From the IMG/VR virus record IMGVR_UViG_3300037762_000149: a DNA stretch of 48,298 nucleotides; one strand, given 5' to 3'. The DNA is from a virus. The notes below the pieces were generated by a model. The model saw only the letters and a program-made list of their open reading frames with translations, was not told the DNA's origin and searched no databases. Position numbers and translations under genes: made by a program. Positions 34,499 to 43,203 of this stretch are shown here, piece after piece. Numbering within the stretch: the stretch's first letter is position 1; each line of letters begins with the position of its first letter.

Positions 34499-37400
34499 CA
34501 GAAAGGAATGTCGCCTTGAGCGAACATCTCTGCGGCTGAAGCGTCCATCGGCACAAGTGCTGGATCGTCCTTCTTGCCGGTGGTCACGGCAACCGCCCAC
34601 GCCTTGATCGCGTGGTAGCGCTCACGCCACTGCGTCTCGTCGTGCTCAGCCAACCGGATCAGATTGCTAACGAGCTCGCGTCCGCCGTCCGTGAGCTGGT
34701 AGCTGAGGTTGTGGCTGTTAGGCTGGCGAGCCCGTTCGAACACGTGCAAGGCCACCATGCGCGCCAGCCAACTGTGGCCGGCATGAATCTCCTTCCCGGT
34801 CAGGGTGGTGATCTCCGTCGGTCCGAACGGCGTGAGGAACATGCTGAGGATGGAGACCGCGATCTGTGGATCCTCTAGCGACAGGTCCCAGGTCAGCAGG
34901 CGCTCAGCCTCGAAGATCTTGACGACGCACTGCTGGTCACGGCGCTTGGTGCTGTAGAGGTCGTAGCCGCTGGCCCGCCAGAGATGCACGAGCCAGTTGG
35001 CCGCCCAGTCGACGTGCACCGGCCGCACGTGCACGCTGTGAGGATCGTTCTTCGGCTGCGAGAAGGTGAGGTTGGCGATCGCGATCGCGATCCGCATCAG
35101 GCTGTAGCACTTCTCCTCGGAGGTGAAGAGTGGAAGCTGTTGCGACTCGTAGACGCCTTCCCAGTCCTTGCAGTGTTGCTTTGCGAGGTTGAATGAATCC
35201 TCGTCAATGAGCACTTGTTCCGACTCCATCGCCCAGGCGCGCAGGATCAGGGAGCGCGTCATCTCCTTCGTCCAGAACTGCGGGACGACATCGAGCGAGA
35301 ACTGCTCCGGCTTGTCGTTCACGACGACAGCGAAGTCCATGCGCGCAAGGGTCTCGGGGGAGCCGTAGAGCGCACCGAGGTGCTCGCAGTCGAACTCGAA
35401 GATGCGGCGCTTGTTCCGCATCCAGTTGGCGATGGCGACGAGCCGGACGCCAGCCGGCAAGTCGCGGTTGCCGTAGATCTTCACGCCGCTGGCGACCCCG
35501 TCGTCTCGGGCACTCTGCATCCAGCTCATGGGATGCTCGACCGTGTTCTGCACGAGGAAATGGAACTCGTCGAGCATCAACGCCTTGCCGTTGCAGCGCG
35601 GCAACAGCCCAGGCTTCAGCATGCCGTTCTTGTCGGCGCCCATCAGCAAGCCGGCTCTGCTGATGTTGCTCACCGCTGTGTGGTGAATGCCGAGCCCGTG
35701 GAAGTCGAACATCCGACGGAAGGTCAGTGACTTGCCGGTGCGCGTGTCGCCGTAGACGCAGATGTCCAGCCACGCGCGTTGGTTCGCACCCCACAGCTTG
35801 GCGCGCCGCACGGAGTGCATCAGCAGGTCGTGGGCGATCTGGATGTCGCGCCTGCCGTAGATCTTCGTGACGTGGTAGCCAAGGTCTCGAGCTCGACGCT
35901 CCAGGTAGGAGTCAATGTCCTCGACCTTGTTCGTGTAGGCCGGGCACTCCTGCAACAACTCCTGCTGCACCGGCAGCAGGTCCACTTCCATGCGATCGAG
36001 CTGCTGCACTGACGAAGCCAGCATCACGAGCCCGTTACCACGCGCGTTCGGGTAGCAGATTCCTTCGACTTCCATCTCACCGCTCAGGCTTGGAGCATCA
36101 GCAGAGAAGACGTGAAGCGAGCGCTGAGCACTGTCCTCGACCTTCCCTGGCTGCATGCCTCGCCACTCTGAGCCATTGGAGATGTCCATCGGCACCACCT
36201 CGAGACGCGGGCAGGTTCTGGGCTTCTGGATGACGTCCTTGATGATCTTCTCGCTGACGTTCTGCTGCTCCAGCCCGACCGCCAGCTCGCGCTGGTAGTC
36301 CCGCATGTCGACTACTCCGTCGGGGAAGAGCCGCGCGCCTGGGCAGACCGCGCAGGCTGCATGCTGGCCCATCTCGCACTTCATCTCGAACACGTGAGCC
36401 AGCGTGACGTCGTCACGAGCGATGGCCTCCACCTGAACGCGTGTGCGCACGAGCTTGTGCGGCACGCTGAACACCTCGCCGAACGCGACGTCCACGATGA
36501 CGCGGCCGAACTCTGGCAGATCGTCGAGCGGGAAGGCTTTCCAGTCAGTGAAAAGCTCACGGCCGCCGTCGTTGACCCAATCGCGGAAGTCGCCGCCATA
36601 CTTCACCTGCGGATCCACCGGGCACTGCAGAACGGTGACCTTGCAGCCGAGAGACTTGAACAGCGGACCGACCTTGTCGAGCAGGTTGCGCAGCCGCTGT
36701 TCCATCGCTACGCGCGCGTGCGATGGATCCTTGCCCGGCTTGGTCTCGAAGTGGTAGCCGCTGTAGTTGGGGCCCTGGAAGACGTCGTTGTCGTAGCCGA
36801 TGAAGAGTTCGCGCCCGTGCAGTGACCGCGGCACGTCCTTCGGAGCAGGGCAGCTCGTGGCGCCAGCCGTCCACGTGCACACATGGAAGCCCTGCTCGTC
36901 TAGACGAAGGCGGATCAGCGCGGTCATCACGTCGGACTCGCCTTCCAGCAGCAGAACCCGGCTGCCTTCGGCAGCCGGGCGGCTCGGCCAAATGCCAGGG
37001 CCGCCAGTCCCTGCCCCGAACCACATCCACTTGGCCTTGGGGTTGAGAGGGTTCCAGCAGCGGTAGCGTTCGTGTAGCGTGCCGCCCTCGTCGCGGGTCG
37101 GGAAGACGATCCAGCCCTTGATCCACCCCACCTCGAGCTCGGTGATCATGGCCTGGTCGTCGAGCTTGCGATCAGCGAGGATCGCCCTGGCCTGCTCCGC
37201 GTCCTTGTGCTCCCAGAGGTCGACCAGCGCTTGATCGAGCACCTCCTGGGTCATCCGGATCGGCATGACCTTCCTGGAGCGTGCTGGCGTCTTCAGTGCT
37301 GGCAAGGAGACTTGCAGCCGGGCGGCCAGATCCTTGCAGAGATCCCAGGCTTTCTTGCCAGTGCTGCGAGAGAGCCAGTCGAAGACGTCAGCCTTCGTGC

Positions 37401-37605
37401 TGCACTGGTGGCACTTCAGGTAGAGCTGGTGCGTGAAGCTGGCCGAGCCGCTCTTGTCGCCGCAGAGCGGGCAGAGGAAGCCCGCTGTCCAGTCACCCTT
37501 GAGTCTTGTTCCATCACGCTGATGCCTGACGCCATACTCGGCCAAGATCTCGTCTGCTGCCGTAGCGATTGCAGCCTTGACCTTCGTGAACGCGGTGTCG
37601 GCCAT
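34498..37605 (-). CDS. DnaG/T7-gp4-type primase (Zn ribbon plus Toprim) fused to an MCM-family AAA+ helicase
   Basis: 1035 aa. Primase motifs: CPLCGDKSGSASF...KCHQC (Zn ribbon); VLLLEGESDVMTAL and IGYDNDVFQG (Toprim). Internal Cys cluster: CEMGQHAACAVCPG. MCM motifs: GDTRTGKS (Walker A), SRAGLLMG...ALMLDEFH (Walker B), VRLVAIAN (sensor 1), LARMDFAVVV (SRFD-like Arg finger). Confidence 0.9.
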   Translation of the reverse strand: MADTAFTKVKAAIATAADEILAEYGVRHQRDGTRLKGDWTAGFLCPLCGDKSGSASFTHQLYLKCHQCSTKADVFDWLSRSTGKKAWDLCKDLAARLQVSLPALKTPARSRKVMPIRMTQEVLDQALVDLWEHKDAEQARAILADRKLDDQAMITELEVGWIKGWIVFPTRDEGGTLHERYRCWNPLNPKAKWMWFGAGTGGPGIWPSRPAAEGSRVLLLEGESDVMTALIRLRLDEQGFHVCTWTAGATSCPAPKDVPRSLHGRELFIGYDNDVFQGPNYSGYHFETKPGKDPSHARVAMEQRLRNLLDKVGPLFKSLGCKVTVLQCPVDPQVKYGGDFRDWVNDGGRELFTDWKAFPLDDLPEFGRVIVDVAFGEVFSVPHKLVRTRVQVEAIARDDVTLAHVFEMKCEMGQHAACAVCPGARLFPDGVVDMRDYQRELAVGLEQQNVSEKIIKDVIQKPRTCPRLEVVPMDISNGSEWRGMQPGKVEDSAQRSLHVFSADAPSLSGEMEVEGICYPNARGNGLVMLASSVQQLDRMEVDLLPVQQELLQECPAYTNKVEDIDSYLERRARDLGYHVTKIYGRRDIQIAHDLLMHSVRRAKLWGANQRAWLDICVYGDTRTGKSLTFRRMFDFHGLGIHHTAVSNISRAGLLMGADKNGMLKPGLLPRCNGKALMLDEFHFLVQNTVEHPMSWMQSARDDGVASGVKIYGNRDLPAGVRLVAIANWMRNKRRIFEFDCEHLGALYGSPETLARMDFAVVVNDKPEQFSLDVVPQFWTKEMTRSLILRAWAMESEQVLIDEDSFNLAKQHCKDWEGVYESQQLPLFTSEEKCYSLMRIAIAIANLTFSQPKNDPHSVHVRPVHVDWAANWLVHLWRASGYDLYSTKRRDQQCVVKIFEAERLLTWDLSLEDPQIAVSILSMFLTPFGPTEITTLTGKEIHAGHSWLARMVALHVFERARQPNSHNLSYQLTDGGRELVSNLIRLAEHDETQWRERYHAIKAWAVAVTTGKKDDPALVPMDASAAEMFAQGDIPF

Positions 37606-37624
37606 CGATCTCTCCTGAACGAAT

Positions 37625-37666
37625 ACGGCCCGTCACCCTGACCGGGGAAACGGGCCGTTGCTTTTT
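37625..37666 (+). other. 9-bp hairpin followed by a T-run on the + strand, between two - strand genes
   Basis: acggcccgt (37625-37633) pairs with acgggccgt (37650-37658), followed by tgcttttt. The orientation suits a + strand terminator although the flanking genes are on the - strand. Confidence 0.4.
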
Positions 37667-37683
37667 GGTGAGTGATGAGCGAG

Positions 37684-38451
37684 CTAGTCGTCGCGATTCT
37701 CGTCCGTGGTTCCGAACCTGCCCTTCGCATGCGCCGCCATCACCGTTGTGTAGATGCCACGCGCAGCTTCCTGCACTTGGGGCGGGACATCTTCGCGCTG
37801 CAGCCACTTCGTTTCCATCACGTGCGTTGTGGATTGCCGGCCCTGGACGATGTCCGTCCTGGTCTTCGTGCTGATGACCAGCGGATGGCTCCACAGCGGG
37901 TCTTGGCTCATGGACCACTGCGTGAGCAGCTTCTTCGCCGCCTTGATGGACGTGCGCTGGAAGCGCATCACCGCCGGGCCGAATGGAGTCAGCACGGTGA
38001 AGTTGTGCGACTCACTACAGGCAGGGGGTCGGCCTCGCTCGTTGTCCCACTGGCTGTGGGGGCATTCCGCACACACGCCGTAGCGTGTGCCTTCCTTGGC
38101 GTCCGGGCTGCGGCACTCCTCGAGCCCCTCGTGCTCTGGCTTGTCCTCCTTTGGGAACAGGGCACGACTCTTGGTGTGGGCGCAGGCCAGCACACGCATG
38201 GGAGGCTGGAATGGCTCCTCGGCGCCAGACAGCCAGAAGAGGCCAGCGCGGGCCCCATCGACTCCCTGCTTCACCTCCTCGGAGCTTCCTTGGAGGAGTT
38301 TCAGCGAGGGGAGGATCAGATCCTCCTGCTCGATCGCCTCGCGGCCGATCAGGTCACCCTTCTGCGCGCCGAGCGCGGTGGGCAGAAGGTCGGAGCCGTT
38401 GAACTCGCTCGGCTGCCACAGCGTGACTTCTTGTTTTTCGTCCTTGGTCAT
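37684..38451 (-). CDS. Hypothetical protein with Cys cluster; possible ssDNA-binding/annealing role by position only
   Basis: 255 aa. ILPSLKLLQGSS...GLFWLSG...ECRSPD...GVCAECPHSQW...PPACSESHNF. It sits between a Gp157-like gene and the primase-helicase. Confidence 0.7.
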   Translation of the reverse strand: MTKDEKQEVTLWQPSEFNGSDLLPTALGAQKGDLIGREAIEQEDLILPSLKLLQGSSEEVKQGVDGARAGLFWLSGAEEPFQPPMRVLACAHTKSRALFPKEDKPEHEGLEECRSPDAKEGTRYGVCAECPHSQWDNERGRPPACSESHNFTVLTPFGPAVMRFQRTSIKAAKKLLTQWSMSQDPLWSHPLVISTKTRTDIVQGRQSTTHVMETKWLQREDVPPQVQEAARGIYTTVMAAHAKGRFGTTDENRDD

Positions 38452-38482
38452 GTCGCTTCTCGCTTGTTGGTGAGTGGTCAGT

Positions 38483-38914
38483 CTACTCCTCCGCCAGCCC
38501 TTTCCAACCGGAAACCCGCAGCGATGGCCGCGTGTCCGGCTTGAGGAAGTCGGGGAAGTCGGTGACGTCGTCGCCGGCCTTGAGCTTCTTCTTGACGAGC
38601 TCGAGGACAGCAGGCTTGCTGACGATGGTCTCGACGAAGTCCGAGTCGTCGCCCTCCGTCTCCATCAGCCACTGGCGGATCGCGTCGTAGTTGTCCTTCG
38701 TGACGCTGATGCTGACGGAGGAGACGAGCAGGGGCTTGGTGCCGTCCTCGCGATCGAAGCCCTTGATCTGATGCTCGATCATGTAGTCGACAAGGTCCGC
38801 CTCTCTCTGTCGACGGACCTTGTCAGCCTCATTGCTGAGCGCTTTCTTCTGATCGTAGTCGCGGCGAGCTTCGTAGTAGAGCTCGGTCTTTAGGTTCAGT
38901 TCGTTGGGTTCCAT
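38483..38914 (-). CDS. Acidic coiled-coil protein (Sipho_Gp157-like by architecture)
   Basis: 143 aa from the internal ATG 38914 of track ORF 38483..39127. N-terminal coiled coil ELYYEARRDYDQKKALSNEADKVRRQREADLVDYM. Confidence 0.65.
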   Translation of the reverse strand: MEPNELNLKTELYYEARRDYDQKKALSNEADKVRRQREADLVDYMIEHQIKGFDREDGTKPLLVSSVSISVTKDNYDAIRQWLMETEGDDSDFVETIVSKPAVLELVKKKLKAGDDVTDFPDFLKPDTRPSLRVSGWKGLAEE

Positions 38915-39078
38915 GGATGAGTCGTGAACGGAATCAGGAGCTCCACCAACAAGGAGTGCAGGCGACCGGGGAAGGTGGAGATGTAGGCCCCTATCGCCTG
39001 TTCGAGTGTGCAGAGACAGCGTTCCTTGTCGTCGCGCCACCAAGTGAGAAACTTGTGGATCTCGGGATACTTGTTCAC
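38896..39078 (-). CDS. Hypothetical small protein (lower-GC patch)
   Basis: 60 aa. The GTG start forms a GTGA overlap with the upstream stop. Confidence 0.45.
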   Translation of the reverse strand: MNKYPEIHKFLTWWRDDKERCLCTLEQAIGAYISTFPGRLHSLLVELLIPFTTHPWNPTN

Positions 39079-39329
39079 GCGAGGAGCTGTGAGTGGATTG
39101 AGAATTCGAGGTGTAGCTCAGTTGCAAGAGTGCCGGTTCTCTTCATTGCTTTGATGTAGCTCTGCACTGACTTTCGGCGCTCGAATCGTTCAAGCAGCAA
39201 AAGCCCAAGCTCCGCCGCGACCTTTCCCGAGTTCGTGGAGTGCGTGACGCCAAGGATACCGTGTATCCCTGGCAAGCGATCATAGCAGTAGTAGACGATG
39301 GCAACGTAGGTTGGTTTTGATTTAGTCAT
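39075..39329 (-). CDS. Hypothetical small protein (lower-GC patch)
   Basis: 84 aa with an ATG start. Preceded by a 114-nt intergenic gap. Confidence 0.5.
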   Translation of the reverse strand: MTKSKPTYVAIVYYCYDRLPGIHGILGVTHSTNSGKVAAELGLLLLERFERRKSVQSYIKAMKRTGTLATELHLEFSIHSQLLA

Positions 39330-39443
39330 GAGTGAAAAGAGGGCCCCCGGAAACTTCGGGTTTGTTGGGGAAGAAGGAGAGTCAAGTTTTTACGTCCGTT
39401 ACGTCATGCTGGCGTAAGCAGGACAACGGAGGCCCATGAGTGC

Positions 39444-39698
39444 TCAGTTGCGGTAGTTCTTGTAGTCCTCGAACGACTTGAATCCGTCGTCGTCGTCTTG
39501 GTTGCCTGCCTGCTCACGCTTCTCGGCTAAGAGCTGATCTTCGTGCGCTTTCAGGTAAAGGTAAAGCCCTGGCCAGTCCTTGATCCAGGTCTGCTCGAAC
39601 AACCAGAGCAGGTAGGACGCGGGGAGATCCTTGAGCGTCTTGCCCTTGTGCGTGCCCCATGGGATCACCGTTCCGTCGGTCCATGGTGATGGGGGCAT
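39444..39698 (-). CDS. DUF3820-family protein
   Basis: 84 aa. IPWGTHKGKTLKDLPASYLLWLFEQ resembles the conserved DUF3820 core. Acidic tail. Confidence 0.8.
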   Translation of the reverse strand: MPPSPWTDGTVIPWGTHKGKTLKDLPASYLLWLFEQTWIKDWPGLYLYLKAHEDQLLAEKREQAGNQDDDDGFKSFEDYKNYRN

Positions 39699-39708
39699 GG
39701 CTATGGCT

Positions 39709-40254
39709 TCAGCCTCTGGGTCTCGTGATGCGGGCGGCGAGCAGGCGGTCGATTCGCTTGAGGATCGCGAAGCCTGACTCCGTGGTGCCGTGCTCGTCGA
39801 ACACGAAGTCGCGCAACTCCCGCAGCCCCTCGTCGCCGCGCGAGGCTCGGAAGCGCTCGTTCTCTTCGACCAGGTCCGACATGCGGTCGCGGATCTCCTT
39901 GCGCTTCTGCTCCTCGTCCATGCAACGCATGAGCTTCATCAGCTTGGCGTCGCCTACAGCGTCCAGCGCTTCCGTTGGCAGCGCGTCGATGACATCGTAG
40001 ACAAGGCACAGCTCGGCACGTTGCCCTGCGATGAGTTCACCGCGCCCTTCGCTCTCAGCGTGCAGCTTCGCAAGTTCGCGCCTCAAGTCGTCGCGCTCTT
40101 GGCGCCATGAAGCGACTTCCCGCCCCGCGGGAGTCGTGTCCTCGCGAATGATCTTCTGCAGCGTTGCAACTTGATCGCGCGCCACTTCAAGTTCCCGTGT
40201 TAGGCGCACGATGGTCGCGTTGGCGGCGGCGAGTTCGGATTCGGGGGTGGTCAT
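39709..40254 (-). CDS. Coiled-coil hypothetical protein
   Basis: 181 aa from ATG 40254 (ATGA overlap with the upstream stop). Confidence 0.65.
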   Translation of the reverse strand: MTTPESELAAANATIVRLTRELEVARDQVATLQKIIREDTTPAGREVASWRQERDDLRRELAKLHAESEGRGELIAGQRAELCLVYDVIDALPTEALDAVGDAKLMKLMRCMDEEQKRKEIRDRMSDLVEENERFRASRGDEGLRELRDFVFDEHGTTESGFAILKRIDRLLAARITRPRG

Positions 40255-40637
40255 GGCTTGCACTTGCTGCCGCGGTCGATTGGTTTGATCGGTCTATTGA
40301 TCGAACACTTGCCGCCTCTGTCGATCACATTCTGCGCGAACGTCTTGTCAGTGGAAAAATCAGCAGGGCCCGTCTGACCTGTTCCACCGGCACCGGAAGG
40401 CGCCGGCCGGACCCCGCTGACGATCGCCCGACGCAGTTCCATGCAGACTGCGTCCGCGATCCTGAGTTTCATTTTGGCGGCCTCGAGTTCAACGGAGCTC
40501 AACAGCTTTGTGTTGAGCTTCGTTTGGAGCTCCGACATCACTTGACCAAGGCACCAAAGGCAGCGGCCACGCTCGTTCGCCGTGGCTTCGATGGCCGCTT
40601 GGTTGGCGGCAGCGAGCAGCTTGTCGCGCATGCTCAT
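40251..40637 (-). CDS. Hypothetical protein
   Basis: 128 aa. TGATG coupling. The C-terminus repeats IDRGGKC / IDRGSKC. Confidence 0.6.
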   Translation of the reverse strand: MSMRDKLLAAANQAAIEATANERGRCLWCLGQVMSELQTKLNTKLLSSVELEAAKMKLRIADAVCMELRRAIVSGVRPAPSGAGGTGQTGPADFSTDKTFAQNVIDRGGKCSINRPIKPIDRGSKCKP

Positions 40638-40960
40638 CAGGCTTCACTCTCGCATGGCGCGATTGACTCTCCAAGGATGAATCGCACGTCGATCAGCGCG
40701 CCGCTCCTGAGTTCGTCCCAATGCTCTTCGATGTAGAGATGCGCGGTCTGGAATGTGCGATCTCCCCAATCGTAGGGGTCGACCTTGCAACCACGGTTCG
40801 GGTCGCTCATGTGCGTCACGATCACCGCGCGACTGTCCTTGTAGCCGTAGCGCCACGCCATCTTTGCCTCGAAAGCGGTGCCGCTTGTGGAGCTGGGCTT
40901 GATGCAAAGGAGCGGGATGAACGTTCCATAATCGCGGAGCTCGAATAGCTTGGTTTCCAT
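40637..40960 (-). CDS. Hypothetical protein (conserved phage family by memory, function unknown)
   Basis: 107 aa. DPYDWGDRTFQTAHLYIEEHWDELRSGALIDVRFILGE. Confidence 0.65.
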   Translation of the reverse strand: METKLFELRDYGTFIPLLCIKPSSTSGTAFEAKMAWRYGYKDSRAVIVTHMSDPNRGCKVDPYDWGDRTFQTAHLYIEEHWDELRSGALIDVRFILGESIAPCESEA

Positions 40961-41307
40961 CAGTCTTCATCCTCGATCAAGTGCTTCATGGCTTCCACGG
41001 CCAACTCGATCATGCTACCACAGATCATGCTAAAGTGGTAAGCGGGATCCTTTTTCCCATCAGCGATCAGCTCAAGCTCCAGATTCATCGCCTTCAGCTT
41101 CTCGTGGGCACTGATGAGCTGGGTGGTGTAGATCGGATCGTTGATCGCCCACAGCGCGACCCCTTGCGCGAGGAAGCCGAGCATCGCCTTCATCCCTGCC
41201 GTGCTGAGCTTGACCTCGCCCATGCTGCAGCGGAACGACTCGCGATGGTAGCTGTTCTGGAACCAAGCCTTGAGCTTGGCCTTCGTGGCTTGGTGGTCTT
41301 CCGTCAC
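40960..41307 (-). CDS. Hypothetical protein
   Basis: 115 aa. GTGA overlap with the SNF2 stop. Confidence 0.6.
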   Translation of the reverse strand: MTEDHQATKAKLKAWFQNSYHRESFRCSMGEVKLSTAGMKAMLGFLAQGVALWAINDPIYTTQLISAHEKLKAMNLELELIADGKKDPAYHFSMICGSMIELAVEAMKHLIEDED

Positions 41308-43109
41308 AACGCCTCCATCAGCTCTTCGATCGTCACGGTCTTCAACGCTTGGTTCGCGTCTGCGCCCTTCGCACGCAGCCTGCGGTCGATCATCACCTCG
41401 ATTGTCTTGCGCACGATCGGAATCTGCACATTTACCGTGCCGGTCTGCCCCATGCGATGCGCGCGATCCTCGAACTGCATGTTGATCGCTGGCGACCAGT
41501 CACGCCCGAAGCACAGCACGTCCTGGCATCGGGTCGCGTTCCATCCTTCAGCGATCTTGACCTGAACGATAAGGGCGTGAATCTTCTTCTGCTGGAATGC
41601 TTCAAGCGTCACAGCTCGCTCATGGGCTCCTCTGCCGCCATGCAAGATGCCAGCATCGATCCCGCGATCGAACAGAGCCTTCAGCAGCCAGTCGATCGGA
41701 GCGTTGAATCTCGTGCCGATCATCGGCGCCCCGCCCTGCTTCACAACCGACTCCACTGCTTCCAGTAACCACAGCAGCTTCGGTGCTTCCGGGAAGATCA
41801 GCTCGTTGGGGCGCCCTGGAATCCGCTCGGCATGCTTCAAGATCTCAGGCCCGACCTTCGCCATCACCGGGTCAGGAATGCCACCGATGAACCCCTGGGC
41901 GATCTGCTCGCACCGCAGAGCCTGCTCCACAGCACTCTTGGCCCGCGGATCGAAGATCGTCACAGGCCCCACTCCGTTGGCGTCCACCTGCGTTGCAGTG
42001 GCCAGCTTGCTGAGTTCGATCTTCGCGAACTCCTTCATCGCCTTGTAGAGCTTGAGCAGCGGCCCCTCGAGCTCGAGCTCGGGGTAGGTGTAGACCTTCG
42101 GAGGTAGGTCGATGGCTTCGCTCTTGGTGCGGCGGATCTGCAGGGTGTTCATCACGGCATTCAACTCTGTCAAGTTTTTCGTCCCAACGATCTTCTGCAC
42201 GTCACGCTTACCGAACTTGACTGACTGAATGACTAGATACCGCTTTGCGAAATCGCGATAGCTTGTCCAGGTGCCAGGGCGCACGAGCTCGACCTGGGTG
42301 AACAGGTCATCAGCCATGTTGCGAATCGGGGTTCCCGTGAGGCAGCACACGTAGCGCGCCTTCGCTGCCAAGGGCGAGCACTCGTGCAGCCGCTTGGCCG
42401 TGCGGTTCTTGAGGTAGTGGCTCTCGTCGAACACTACGAACGCACCCTTGCTGAACTCGATCAGCCACGCACGCTGTGCGTCCGTGATGTGGATCAGCAG
42501 GTCGTAGTTGATGATGACTGCTAACCCGGTAGCTGTGGGGCTTTTCGCATGAAGGCCAGCTTCAACGAACTGATCGGCGCGCTTCTTCGCGCTGCCATTG
42601 ATGACGACGGTCCTCCAGCCATCCCCCAACGTCTCCATTATCTCGTTCTGCCAGTTGAACTTGACGCTCACTGGGCAGACGACCAGCAGGTGGGAAGCCT
42701 TGGCTTCATGAACAGCCCATAGAACTGAGCTTGTCTTGCCTAGCCCCATGTCGTCGGCGAGCAGCACGCGGTTGCCCATGTGCTCCATGGCTAGCACGGC
42801 CTGCGATTGATGCTTCCGTGGGCTTCGCGATGTTGGCAGCAAGACCGTGTGTTGAGCCCCGGAGAGCGCGTCGCGTGCGCGCTGCAGCTTCGCGAGCAAT
42901 GAGTCACGCACCTTCGCCGCATCCATCGCCCAGCTCAGCGTCACCGCTGGCGACTGCTTGATACCCAGCACGCTGCTCGGGTAGCACGGCGCCACGTAGC
43001 TACCGTAGGGCATGCGGCGCCAGCCGATCCATTCACTGATCGCCGGCACGACCTGCTTGTTCGTGTCGATGACGAACTGCGTGCCGACGTAGGTGACTAG
43101 GAGGTTCAT
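41304..43109 (-). CDS. SNF2/Rad54-family helicase
   Basis: 601 aa. Motifs: LADDMGLGKT (I), VVFDESHYLKN (II), LTGTPIRN (III), QFEDRAHRMGQ (VI). Confidence 0.9.
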   Translation of the reverse strand: MNLLVTYVGTQFVIDTNKQVVPAISEWIGWRRMPYGSYVAPCYPSSVLGIKQSPAVTLSWAMDAAKVRDSLLAKLQRARDALSGAQHTVLLPTSRSPRKHQSQAVLAMEHMGNRVLLADDMGLGKTSSVLWAVHEAKASHLLVVCPVSVKFNWQNEIMETLGDGWRTVVINGSAKKRADQFVEAGLHAKSPTATGLAVIINYDLLIHITDAQRAWLIEFSKGAFVVFDESHYLKNRTAKRLHECSPLAAKARYVCCLTGTPIRNMADDLFTQVELVRPGTWTSYRDFAKRYLVIQSVKFGKRDVQKIVGTKNLTELNAVMNTLQIRRTKSEAIDLPPKVYTYPELELEGPLLKLYKAMKEFAKIELSKLATATQVDANGVGPVTIFDPRAKSAVEQALRCEQIAQGFIGGIPDPVMAKVGPEILKHAERIPGRPNELIFPEAPKLLWLLEAVESVVKQGGAPMIGTRFNAPIDWLLKALFDRGIDAGILHGGRGAHERAVTLEAFQQKKIHALIVQVKIAEGWNATRCQDVLCFGRDWSPAINMQFEDRAHRMGQTGTVNVQIPIVRKTIEVMIDRRLRAKGADANQALKTVTIEELMEAL

Positions 43110-43134
43110 CGCTCGGTGAACGTCTTCGAGAGGT

Positions 43135-43199
43135 GAGCGCTGAGCTTACCACTCAGCGCTCAGCTTGCAAGCCCTTGGTCGCTTTTCAAGCGACCAAGG
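43135..43199 (-). promoter_or_regulatory. Two tandem perfect hairpins between the secreted-protein gene and the SNF2 gene
   Basis: First hairpin gagcgctga/tcagcgctc (43135-43161, 9 bp). Second hairpin ccttggtcgc/gcgaccaagg (43173-43199, 10 bp). No clear U-tract on the - strand. Confidence 0.5.
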
Positions 43200-43203
43200 A
43201 GGA

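Noticed and set aside
37665-37676. AGGTGAGT-like strings read as eukaryotic 5' splice sites or group II intron starts
   Set aside because: This is a bacteriophage genome with no intron-encoded protein, no GUGYG...AY group II boundaries and no interrupted ORFs at these sites.
37672-38544. 290-aa + strand ORF preceded by an SD-like GGTGA (and 38474..38893 likewise)
   Set aside because: They are antisense to clearly protein-like - strand genes, and their composition is R/L/A/G-dominated. The GGTGA belongs to the recurrent intergenic motif rather than to a functional RBS.
39106-39195. Possible tRNA: gtagctcagttgcaagagtg strongly resembles a tRNA D-arm, and tcgaatc nearby resembles a T-loop
   Set aside because: No anticodon stem (ccggt versus attgc do not pair), no acceptor-stem complement (cacctcg absent) and no T-stem can be formed. 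It lies inside a - strand ORF. At most it is a degenerate remnant.
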